NCBI GenBank assembly: GCA_049724395.1
Contig: JAUGWO010000104.1
Coordinates: 62,001 to 126,000 of the forward strand
Source of the DNA: Spongospora subterranea f. sp. subterranea
Lineage: Eukaryota
Length of the DNA: 64,000 nucleotides
Direction of reading: 5' to 3'
Part shown: positions 25,045-35,866 of the stretch, piece by piece
How the letters are laid out: every line of letters starts with the position of its first letter
Numbering within the stretch: the stretch's first letter is position 1
Notes under the pieces: model-generated
Database searches by the model: none
What the model was told of the DNA's origin: nothing
Seen by the model: the letters and a program-made list of their open reading frames with translations, nothing else
Position numbers and translations under genes: made by a program

Positions 25045-26516
25045 ACAATATCTGGGGACGTCCCGAGATAGGTTCTTAAACAGTGGTGTTATCGCAACTT
25101 GTTCTAATACAATATCGTCACTTGTTTGAACTAATCATCTCCCCCCTTTGATTGTCAATCCATTCCATGACCGATCTAGGGACGTTGTTCATATTCGGAA
25201 TTCCATTTTGTATGAAATCCTTTTGACTATACCTCTTTTGAGCTGTTTGTTGTGGGCGGATTTTGTTTGGTTTTCAACCTAAATTCACAATCCATTGTCG
25301 AGCGCTCTCGAAAAAGTTCGCAATTTCCAATTTTGGGTTTATGGTAGGACTGGTACTAACGGATGGCGAATGGGTTCATATACAATAGCACTACGACCTT
25401 TCAGAGTTTGTTTGTTTGTTTGTTTGTTTTTTTGGTGACTTTATAGGTCAGAATAGGTGAACGGGTTAATTAATCATTTTAAAAAAAATTGGCGATTAGA
25501 TGGAAAGGAAGGAGAAGTGGGTCAGATCGGTTCGATGATGATGGTGAATGGGGTTCAGGGAAGAAGACGGTAAAGGAAATAGATTATGGAGATGATGGCG
25601 ACAATGGCAATATGATAACGATATGGTCGAGAGGATGGCGCTAGCGAAGCGGCGCAAGGAATGGGGTCCCCATGGAAGAATGAAGGGCGCTGGACCAGCG
25701 ATGGAGCCGTCGCCGATATAAACACAACATCGTCACGAGCGGGCGAATATCGACCTGTTGTTGGTAAAGGGATGATCAGCGATCGCCATTCACTGTCGAC
25801 AAGTATCGAACAAGAAACTCGGAAGCGAGGGGTGATATTTAAAATGAAAAGGTGAATAATCATAACCCACCAGATGATATGGCGCGTTTCATTGATCGCG
25901 ATTCACTCCATTGACGTTCTGTTCCTACACAGCAGAATATACCGCGATGACATTTGTAAAAGTATGTGTCATCCCCTGACCTGAACGAAACGGGGAGAAC
26001 AAACGCCTTCCCAATCTAGATAGGGACGATCCGATGAAGAGACCGCCGATAAACACTGTCAGAGCGCCAATCGCTTCAACGATGATCATCAGTTACTATT
26101 TCGCGGTGGATAGTGGGATGGACGGGATGGCGCTATAGCAGCCAGCCAGTTCAGGACCAGGCCCAACTGCTGCTGCCCCATCCCATGATGTGCAGTACAC
26201 CAGACCACACTTTGAACCATGTCCGGAACATGGGATACGGGAAATGAGAATGGCGACGGCCAGATTAAAACAGAAGGGATTAGAGGATTGGGGATCAGTC
26301 AATTAACAACCGGATCAGATATCCTGAAACGGCGGAGACCAGGATCGTTCATGAGAGTATTTTCTATCAACGCTCTGAACATAAGGTCGAGGTTAAACCT
26401 GTGTAGGTAGGGTAAAAAGTACTTGGCAAGGTAGGTTATACCCTACCACCACTATGGAGATATTGATTATATCTTTACCTTCTACTCTATATTTATTCTC
26501 ATCATTTAAATCCCTA

Positions 26517-26889
26517 TTACCACTGTAATTTACCCGTTTTACTCTCATCATTTACCTGTTACCACTGTAATTTACCCGTTTTACTCTCATCATTTACCTG
26601 TTACCACTGTAATTTACCCGTTTTACTCTCATCATTTACCTGTTACCACTGTAATTTACCCGTTTTACTCTCATCATTTACCTGTTACCACTGTAGTTTA
26701 CCCGTTTTACTCTCATCATTTACCTGTTACCACTGTAATTTACCCGTTTTACTCTCATCATTTACCTGTTACCACTGTAATTTACCCGTTTTACTCTCAT
26801 CATTTACCTGTTACCACTGTAATTTACCCGTTTTACTCTCATCATTTACCTGTTACCACTGTAATTTACCCGTTTTACTCTCATCATTT
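26517..26889. repeat. Tandem repeat, 42-bp unit, left part (about 9 copies)
   Basis: Unit TTACCACTGTAATTTACCCGTTTTACTCTCATCATTTACCTG. Confidence 0.97.
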
Positions 26890-26899
26890 TGTGAGCCGG

Positions 26900-27208
26900 A
26901 ACCTGTCCAGCAACATGTTCTCGCTGTGAAGCGCATATTGCGCTATATCAAGGGGACCATTGAGTATGGAATCGTTTTTGGACGAGGAAAAGGGTTGACA
27001 ATGTATCGCGAAAAATACGATACTGGGCCGCCGTTCAACGTCACAAGCATTCCAGACGTTGACCGCCTATCGTCTTGATTTCCGGCCCAATCGGAATCGC
27101 AATACATTTTCAACCCTTTTCCTCGTCCAAAAACGATTCCATACTCAATGGTCCCCTTGATATAGCGCAATACGCGCTTCACAACGAGAACATGTTGCTG
27201 GACAGGTT
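26900..27208. repeat. 107-bp inverted duplication (26900-27006 vs 27102-27208) at the truncated copia 3' end
   Basis: Direct reverse-complement comparison shows 3 mismatches. Confidence 0.92.
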
Positions 27209-30200
27209 TATCGACAAAACGTGCGACAGCGTTGACAGCTTCTGTGATATCAGGCCTTGTCATTATCGCCAAATACATTAGCGAACCGACAGCTTCGCGA
27301 TACGGAAAACTTGTTACTGCGTCGCCTTTCTCCGACCGAATAAGCTTGACAGAGGTAGAACCTGGCGTAGCCACAGGCCGCGAGTTTTCCATATGGAACC
27401 GGTGAACAACATCGCGCGCGTACGCTTCCTGACTCAACTTTATGGTTTTCGCCAATCGATCACGAACGATTTTACAACCGAGTAGAAAACCGATCGCGCC
27501 TAAGTCCTTGATTGGAAATGTTTTCCCAATACCCCTTTTAGATTCTCATACATCACTGCGTCTGTAGAAACGATAAGCATATCATCAATATGCACGGATG
27601 CCATCAAGAAAGAACTTGCGTTTTTCTGAAAGAAAACGCAGGCATCGGCATTCAAGAACTGATATCCACGTCCACCAGGATCTTGTTCATCCGAGAATTC
27701 AATTCAAAAGCCGCTTGTTTTAGACCGTATAACGCCTTTCGAAGACGTCCACAGTGCGACAAACGCGACGTACCCTCCGGGAAATTCACGCCCTCCGGCA
27801 ACTCGATAAACAATTTCTCGCGGACATCTTGATGCTGGAAGGATGTCTCAATGTCCAATTGGTACGCCTCCAGATTTTCGGCTGCGGCTTTCGCCAACAG
27901 GATTCGTTGTGAATCGGTAGATGCCACGGGGGCATACGTGTCAACGTAATCCACACCTGGTACCTGAGAGAAACCCCTGGCAACGTAACGAGCCTTATAT
28001 CGAACGGGTTTACCTTCGGCATCATGCTTTAACTTGAAAACCCAGCGTCCGTCAATAACGCTTCTATCTGCTGGCCTAGGCACTATCTCCCAAGTGCCAT
28101 TCTTGCCGAGGCTTTTCAGCTTCTCCAGCATTGCAGACTCCCATTCCGCTGCGTTATCAAAAGACAGAGCTTCTCGACGATTCTTTGGATCAAACGACGA
28201 CTGCGCCAGATACACCGCCTCTTGCGCATATCGAAGAGGGGCGATACGCCTTCGCGTTGATCTTCGCAACTCCTGGGTGACCTCAGCATCTGCAGCATCT
28301 GACCCATCACTCTTGCCGGTACTTTCAGCATCGTCACTATCCGTTTCGGCGTCGATCGCAGCTTGCTCCTCCAAACCCCACTGATTCTCCCAGAACTTGA
28401 CGTCCCGTGTCACAATAATTTTACGAGTACTCCGGTCCAGAATACGATAACCTTTCGAGGTGAGTGAATAACCCAACATGACACCTTGTCGAGCTCGTTC
28501 GTCCAACTTCTTCGCTTTATCATCCTTGTACATGACAAAACAACCAAACACTCGCAAATTGGATACATTCGGCTTCGTACCGTATACTTGCTCGTAAGGA
28601 GTGACATTTCTGGGTAACACCTTGGTATTAGCGCGATTACGCAGATAAGCGGCTGTAGATAACGCCTCGGCCCACCACTGTTTTCCCATATCCACTTGGA
28701 ACAACATGGTGCGCGCCATGCCCATCAACGTGCGATTCATCCGCTCCGCCACGCCATTCTGCGCCTGACGGCGAGGAATGCTACATTCGTGTCGGATGCC
28801 GTGATCGCTCATGAACGCTTGAAAGTCGCCGTCCATGTACTCGCCACCATTATCAGACCGAAGACATTTAATCTTCCGATCATGAGCATTCTCCACCAAT
28901 GCCTTATGACGTTTGAACCATCCAAACACTTCGGATTTGGCGGCCAGAAAATAAACAGTGACAAATCTCGAATAGTCATCGATGAAGGTCAAAACGAACT
29001 TCTTGCCGCCCGGCGATGCCACCGACATTGGACCAATCACATCAGAATGAATCAGGTCATTTACACCTTGTGCCCGCCTTGTCGCAGACTTTGGCATTTG
29101 TGTTCGTGCGGCCTTGCCTCGCATACAGTGAACGCAATCACTCGGCTTTCCACCGACCAGCTCCATACCGATCACCGTAATATTTGCAATATCCTGCGTC
29201 AGCGCGTCGTATCCGATATGACCACGTCGTCTGTGCCAAACTTGCTGAGTGGCAGCGATCAGGGCAGACTGTTGCATTGGCAAACGGATCTTGTACAGCC
29301 GTCCAACACGGAAACCGATGTTCAGCGTGCGATTTCCGAGGCGCATACTGCAATACTGCTCATTAAAATTGACCATCGTCGCACCATCGTCGCAGGCAGC
29401 ACTAATAGAGAACAAACCAGCGGCAACATGCGGAACATGGAGCATATTCTGCAGCACAATTCGACTACCGTCTAACGCCATAATCTCAAGCGACCCAACC
29501 CCAATGGCCGCAATAGTTCGCTCATTACCAAGACTGATTTCTACAGGAAAATCCAGCTCCTTGTACGAACGAAGACGGTTCTTGTCCAAACAAATTGGTC
29601 GGCGCCAATATCATTGTCGAGTTGCGCCCGGAACGCGGTCTCAGACAATTCCCCCGCTGCATGATCCGACATGGAAACATATTGAATCGGCGTTTCCACG
29701 GATATCGCGTCAGTTTTCGCCTCGGCCGTCCTGTTGACCCCATTCGATGTGCTTTTCGCGACCAAAAGCCAATCATCATTGGCCTTATGACTAGCCATGT
29801 TCCCCTTTTCGTTGTCGTGGCTCTCCTTGGTTTTCCGCAGTGGGAATTGCGCTGACAAATGACCAACCTGATGACATCGGTAACATTTACGTCAATCCTT
29901 CCCACCTGCCCGACCACCCATCTTTGCGTTCGATCGCACGTTTACGCGATCCTTGGCAAATAGCAGTCCTTCATTCTTTGCTGCTTTCTTGTGAATGCCA
30001 TTGTACTTCTCATCCTCGAGCAACAAAACACTGAACAATTCCGGGATCGTTACATTTGTCTTATTGGACAGCACAGTAACAATCACACGCATGTGGTCAG
30101 CCACCACACTGCACAGCAAGGTACGGATGAACTCATCATCCGTCATTTGACCACCAGCAGTTTTAAGATCCTCATAGAGACGGCGCATATCTTGAAAGGA

Positions 30201-30534
30201 ATCCTGATAAATTGTCTTCACGATACTGCTTGGTCCTCATTCGCTGACCAATAGCGATTACATGGCCCGTGCTCTCAGTCGCAAAACGTTGCTTTAATGC
30301 CTTCCATGCCTCATATGGGTTGCTCGTTCCCATGATTTCGACGACGACGTTGGGTTCAACTGCGGCGACCAATTCCGCAAAGACCTGCTTGGTCTGACCC
30401 TGTTCATCCTTGCGCCAATCGTGTTCGATGAGTTTCTCCCCCCCCCCTACCCTCCAAGTAAACTCGGAAGGTAAAAGCCCACTAGTTCGCAGATCCTCGC
30501 TGGCGCTCGCCTTTAAACGAGGAGGCCTTTGCGG

Positions 30535-30548
30535 CTGGGCCCATAACT
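30535..30548 (-). promoter_or_regulatory. Copia primer-binding site AGTTATGGGCCCAG
   Basis: Directly follows the LTR end CA on the minus strand and is one base from the GGTTATGGGCCCAG half-tRNAiMet PBS of copia-type elements. Confidence 0.85.
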
Positions 30549-31167
30549 TGTGAGCCGGAATTGCCACCACTGGTTTTCTGCTCATCAGAGCCACCCATCT
30601 TTCTAAGCTAAGCACACAGCTCACAAGCAAAGGACACAAACAAGGAGAGTGATTTTTAGTCATGGAAACGCGCAAAAAATGCGCAACAGCACAGCCATAC
30701 AATACCGTAGATGACAATATTATCCATCCACATTTAGGTCCGTAAATGGATGCTAATAATGTCACGGCATATATATTTTTGTTCGTGCGGTAAAAATGGA
30801 AAAAAATATGTCATAAAAAATCTGAAGAATTGAGTAATTTTGTCATGCCACCTGAAAAAATCTCCGTTTTTGCTCGTCGCACTTTTTCACGCACTTTTAA
30901 CGCAAAAAAAATCGCAAAAATGTCAAGCACAACTGTACGATTAGCAACCGAGCATCAACCAGAGGGTTGCATAGCCGCTCGGACTGTTTCTTCTACTGTG
31001 AGACCGCCAAATGGATAAATTTTTGAATTTTGTCATTACAAGGGCTCTGAGATGGATAATTTTGTCACCAAATATCTAAAAAATGGCACTAATTTTGTCA
31101 TTTCCACGGAGTTTTGCTAATTTTGTCAGATGGATAATATTGTCATCTACGGTAATGTGATCCAACA
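30549..31167 (-). repeat. Copia 5' LTR (about 169 bp once the MITE is removed)
   Basis: Minus strand reads TGTTGG...CTCACA. Its terminal 12 bp (TGTGAGCCGGAA on +) recur at 26890-26901. Confidence 0.85.
30705..31152. mobile_element. 448-bp MITE (Tc1/mariner/pogo type) nested in the LTR
   Basis: Perfect 24-bp TIRs CCGTAGATGACAATATTATCCATC (30705-30728 and 31129-31152), TA on both sides, internal AATTTTGTCA repeats, no transposase. Confidence 0.93.
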
Positions 31168-31316
31168 CATTTACCTGTTACCACTGTGATTTACCCGTTT
31201 TACTCTCATCATTTACCTGTTACCACTGTAATTTACCCGTTTTACTCTCATCATTTACCTGTTACCACTGTAATTTACCCGTTTTACTCTCATCATTTAC
31301 CTGTTACCACTGTAAT
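31168..31316. repeat. 42-bp tandem repeat, right part (about 3.5 copies)
   Basis: Same unit as 26517-26889, resuming in register after the TSD. Confidence 0.95.
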
Positions 31317-32136
31317 ATCCCCGTTCTTCCACGCTAAGGTTAGCTCACAAACGCCCAAAAGACTGTTTTGTTGACAATTACGATTTACCCAGACATAACG
31401 AAGCAATGTTTTACGATTAATTATAGACGATGAAGAGACTGTGTTTGTTAAATATAGTCACCTCTGATTTTCGTTGGCACATCCTTGAATGGTTGTAGGT
31501 AGGTTTACAGATGGATATTGTGCTCATCTACGTTGATTAATATAAATCACGCGTTAGATTCAGGGATTTCCGATGTGGAATCGCCCAGAATTCTGGTCGA
31601 CAATTGTTCAGAAACGATCATCTCAGTCTCTACCAAACGCGCCTCATCAATCATCCCAAAGTTGGTTTCAGATTGTTTTCACAATACTCCTTTTCGTCAT
31701 CCCCGACATGGCCAGATTATTGCAATTGTCTTCCCAGCTGGTTTAATCGGTTCCTTCAGTGGATACCCAAGCTACCTTTGTAGTGGTCAGGCGGAAGTAG
31801 GGAAACACTGGTAGTACACAGGATTACCCGACCAATAAGAACCCGCTATCCTTTTTATACCATACCAATTGTCTTCCCAACTTCACTCAACTCGTTTTTG
31901 CAATAGCTGTTGCGCCATCGACCCTGTGTCGCATTGCCACAATTGGTCTCGATATCGTCGGCCAAATACCAATGTCGGGCGACCCCAAATCAACCTGACC
32001 AACTCCATTCTCACCAGTGTCCAATCCGACAACACGTGGTTGTGTCGACCGTTTCTCCCCGATTTGGTTGTAGAGTAGGGGACCACCGATTCCAGTACAA
32101 CCGGCGAGATATGGACAACACGAAATCGCAGGTGAT

Positions 32137-33042
32137 TTATTCGATCAGCAGTCGACTGTCTAATTGACCTGCGACGCCTTCATTGCCACTCTGGTCCAGA
32201 TCGTTGTCGATACTGTTGGACAGTTCGCCCGCGACAGCGGTCTTCTGGCCGAATGGAGCTGGGTCGTGTTCCCCGTCTGAGACACTCCAAACAGCAGAGG
32301 ATAGGCGATTGGCGTCGCCAAAAGTAAAAGGACTCGTTCCGAAGCTTTGTTCCCGGCCGTCCCGTTCGCTCTTGAGCTCCTCCAATCTGTCCTGGAACAT
32401 TTTGACGTTTTTGATTGCTGTGGTCAATTCGGTCTTAAAACCATTTGAGTGTATGCGATCCTCCGCCAATGCAGATTCCGTATCTATATTGGTGCGCACG
32501 AACTTCACCTCGCGTTCGGCCTGTTCAACAAGTTTACTATAATACTCGATCTTTTCGTCGATATTCATATTCGTCTCATCCTGTGGTATTTCTCTCTCAT
32601 TTGCCTCCTCTTTCATCCAGTTGTCCACGATCGCATTTCCCGCCAACTTCTTCTTCTCATCAAGTGGTGCCTGGAACTCCTTGAATGCGGATTGTTCGCT
32701 CGGTGTCAGAGCGGGGGTCAGCGAGATCATCAAATCGGTCAGTAATAGCTTGCGCATGCCGAGATTATAGACGATATCTTGGTTTTTGGTAATCTTATAG
32801 TAAAGGGAATCGATCAAGATGGCGACGTGTTTGACCTGGTTCAGGTTTCCGATGATCTGGCCGATCTGCTCCCTCTCCTTGGCGAACGCTTTGTAGACGG
32901 CCCTGACTGTTGGCAGATCACCTTCCGGTTCCCTCATGATGATCCAGGTCGTCAGAGCTGTGCAGATGGCGGTCACGATCACACTGATACTAACGATAGC
33001 GCCAATCGTGTTGAACTCTGTGCTACGCTGGCTCATGATCAT
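32137..33042 (-). CDS. TM-anchored coiled-coil paralog P3 (301 aa)
   Basis: Intronless ORF with N-terminal TM, LPTVRAVYKAF, NLGMRKLLL and DEKIEYYSKLV. Confidence 0.75.
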   Translation of the reverse strand: MIMSQRSTEFNTIGAIVSISVIVTAICTALTTWIIMREPEGDLPTVRAVYKAFAKEREQIGQIIGNLNQVKHVAILIDSLYYKITKNQDIVYNLGMRKLLLTDLMISLTPALTPSEQSAFKEFQAPLDEKKKLAGNAIVDNWMKEEANEREIPQDETNMNIDEKIEYYSKLVEQAEREVKFVRTNIDTESALAEDRIHSNGFKTELTTAIKNVKMFQDRLEELKSERDGREQSFGTSPFTFGDANRLSSAVWSVSDGEHDPAPFGQKTAVAGELSNSIDNDLDQSGNEGVAGQLDSRLLIE

Positions 33043-33194
33043 GTTGTCAAGATACGCGCCGTTAAGATCTATAGATTAGTTAAATTGCTGTAAATTAAAT
33101 ACGGGATTTGAATATTTGGTCGGGGAATTGATTTCACTCAGGTTTAATGCCAGAACGGGATATGTCAGTTGCCCGTCTATCCAATGGTGACGGG

Positions 33195-33212
33195 GAGTCA
33201 ATTCGGGTCAAT
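33195..33212 (-). promoter_or_regulatory. Upstream motif ATTGACCCGAATTGACTC, shared with the P2 upstream region
   Basis: About 170 nt before the P3 ATG, on the coding strand. Confidence 0.5.
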
Positions 33213-33429
33213 ACCTCTCCAAATTCCCGTAAAACCCTAGTTCGAAAACAGTTTCTGACAATGTGATAGAGATGGTTCGCGATCGACGTTATCAGATGAT
33301 GGAATACACTGAGTCAGCAAGGATGAGGGTGTGAGTGCGGATTCGGATACGGATGGTGCAGAGCAGAGCAGCGCAGGACGAGGAGGATCAATGACCTTGA
33401 CTTTAACATAGAGCAGAAGAGCTGATCGG

Positions 33430-33590
33430 AAGTGCGAATAATCGCCTTCCTTAGCTGCTGAAAGTTCTTCGATGACGATTTGGCGGTAGGAAGGAGTCTG
33501 GTTGAAAAAAAACGATTTGGAGCCGTAATGCCAAACGAACCCCAGACCCTTGTCGGATGCGTCGGAAGCGCAAATGAAAGACCTCAAAGA
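33430..33590 (-). pseudogene. Retroelement RNase H remnant (DIRS/gypsy-like)
   Basis: ICASDASDKGLGFVW...QIVIEELSAA fits the (T/S)DAS..G.G...I...EL.A pattern. No other domains are visible. Confidence 0.4.
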
Positions 33591-34201
33591 TTATTTGTTG
33601 GGATAACACGAGAATGACCAGAATCCCAAACACTAGTTGATTATAAAGAGATGTATTTGTACTACTAGTGACATTTTGACCACAGAGAAGTAGATCGTGA
33701 TAATGGGAGTTTCATTGTATCGAGAAATGCTATTTCGCCTTCAATTAAGGACACACCATATTGCTGGCATCCATTTCAACGGTTCAATCAACTTGAGATC
33801 GAGTTAAAACCTTTTCTCAGAGATAAATCAACCAGTTCAATTCCCTTCTCAAGTATCAGAGATTGATCAGATCAAACCGTATTCGTCCCACCCTGATGAG
33901 TGACCAACACGCCCAGGCTGGTCACGGATCGGCCGATGAGAGTCCGATAAGCCCGTGGTATCGCCAGTAACAAAACCCTCAATAGGGGGCTGTGCCGTAG
34001 TACTACCCCAATTCCGGCACGCCGTCTGACTGTATAACTCAGCAGTTCCAGCAGTGTTCCAGCCCACGGTGGCCGGTGCGCTCAATGTCAGACAGATCTC
34101 CAGTAACGCGGACTTTAGGGTTTTGACCAATGCTGATGCAGTTCGCAGTCCGCTGGATCCCGTTCCAGCTCTCATTCGGTTAATTGCCAGTTCCAGCCAC
34201 G

Positions 34202-35134
34202 ATGGGTAAAGTCGTCGTTATCGCGGTCATCGCCGCAGCCGCTGTTGCCGCTATCCTTTCCGGGGTCGGTGTATGCATGTTCATGAGCGGGGGTACCTCC
34301 TCTGGAGCGGAATTCTCGATGAAGAAAATCTTCATTGCCAGCGAAGGTCAAGCTAGCAAGGTACAACTGGAGCACGAAGCCATCTCAAAGATCACATTGG
34401 TCAACAACGATGTCAACAACGCCGAACTGGGATTGGATGCTGCCGTCAAATCGTGTTATCGTCAACAGTTCTGGGCTTTCATTGCTGTTGCAAAACAGGA
34501 GGAAACTTTCCTCTCGATTATGACAGATGACAACGTGTCTGAGGATGACAAAGCGGCCGTTAAGAAGGCGTACGAGGAGTTCAATGCGCAGAAGGCCGCC
34601 AAACGTGCCGACGACCTTGCAGCTTCTATCAAGATCAAAGAGGAGAAGGCCGCTGAACAACAGAAGAACGACAAGAAGGCCCTTGACAAGAACCCTAAGG
34701 CCTATTGCAAACAGCAAAAGTTCAAACTGACCCAGGATGCCAAGCTGTTTGAACATCAAGTCAAATTCTTCACCGCGCAACAGAAGTTCGACCAGGAACG
34801 GAACGAGCGGATGTTAAAGGAAGCTGAAGAGAAGAAGGCCAAAGTCCAGGAACAGCTTGCCGAAATCGCGAAGATGATGAAAGAGTTCGAGTCGAACGAT
34901 GCGAATACGGAGAAGAAAGAGGCTGAGAAGACCAAACAGGACAGCGAAGGGCAAAACTCTGAGAGCAATGTGCCCGAAAAACAGCCTGAGATCCCGTCGA
35001 CCCAGCCTGAGATCCCGGCGACCCAGCCTGAGACCCCGGCGACCCAGCCTGAGAACGCGGCGGCTGAGCCTGAGGTCTTGAATAACATCCCAGTGATTGA
35101 AGGCGATGGCACCGATTCGTCGTCTACTCAATAA
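34202..35134 (+). CDS. TM-anchored coiled-coil protein, distant paralog P4, with C-terminal 7-aa repeats
   Basis: Intronless ORF; MGKVVVIAVIAAAAVAAIL; K/E/Q-rich helices; QPEIPST/QPEIPAT/QPETPAT repeats. Confidence 0.75.
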   Translation: MGKVVVIAVIAAAAVAAILSGVGVCMFMSGGTSSGAEFSMKKIFIASEGQASKVQLEHEAISKITLVNNDVNNAELGLDAAVKSCYRQQFWAFIAVAKQEETFLSIMTDDNVSEDDKAAVKKAYEEFNAQKAAKRADDLAASIKIKEEKAAEQQKNDKKALDKNPKAYCKQQKFKLTQDAKLFEHQVKFFTAQQKFDQERNERMLKEAEEKKAKVQEQLAEIAKMMKEFESNDANTEKKEAEKTKQDSEGQNSESNVPEKQPEIPSTQPEIPATQPETPATQPENAAAEPEVLNNIPVIEGDGTDSSSTQ

Positions 35135-35697
35135 TTCGCTTGTACTTCATATCCTTTCTTGTATATCCCTAGATACATCTCCTACACATTTCCTACTTCA
35201 TAATCAGGTCGTGTTTGCAATTATTGTCAGTTCCCCGTATATCGCTGTTGTTGCAACTGTCATGCCCGATGATCTATATTGCTCCACCTCGATCAGTGTT
35301 CCGACTCCCCCTTTCTAATTCCTGTCTGATTCAGAACAGGTCGGTCCATTGACGACTCGCCAACTCTGGTCAATTTTCATATTTCTTCCCATCTTGGCGT
35401 TAGCCACGAGTGAAGCGGATCTGAACGACCACTGGATGACCAAAACTCGTGTGTATCTGGAGCGATTACAGACGCTCAGAAGTTCAAGCCGTTGCAGCAG
35501 CGATGGTTCCGTCGTACAGAGCCTGAGCGACAGGAGAATATCAGGCCTGAGCGACTTTAAAAAAAGGATGGCGAATTGTACATGGTCGAGGCCGTCTTCA
35601 AGTTTGGCTACGGGAAGTATCGGCCATGTGCTGGCGCCGATCTCTCGGAAAGAATGAATGGACAGCTTGTTAATATTTTTGATCCATGCCTGTGCGA

Positions 35698-35866
35698 TGA
35701 TCGAATCGCTGATCAATGGCACCGGTAGCAGACGCGTGCCACAGTATCACCCAGCACAATCCTGTCGCACCAAGTTCGAATGTCGTGGCCTATCATGTGT
35801 CTATTGTGCTGGGGTCATACTGTGGCACAATTCTGCCAACGGTGCCATCAATCAGCGATTCGATCA
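35698..35866 (-). other. Long imperfect inverted repeat / hairpin (about 63-bp arms, 42-nt loop)
   Basis: 35698-35760 pairs with 35803-35866. Strand is inferred from G-U-compatible mismatches. Confidence 0.8.

Larger units (their letters stand above)
26890..31167 (-). mobile_element. Defective Ty1/copia LTR retrotransposon with 5-bp TSD CATTT
   Basis: Domain order gag, integrase (WHRRRGH, HSDVIGP, LRSDNGGEY, QNGVAERMNRTL), RT (WVFKLK..YKARYVARGFSQ), partial RNase H (YCDSDWAG). TG..CA ends; CATTT at 26885-26889 and 31168-31172. Frameshifts, YxDD changed to HIDD, degenerate CCHC. Confidence 0.95.

Noticed and set aside
28696..29737. Long plus-strand ORFs over the copia element and other antisense ORFs (e.g. 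16388-17209, 24423-25004)
   Set aside because: They are shadow frames of real genes on the opposite strand.
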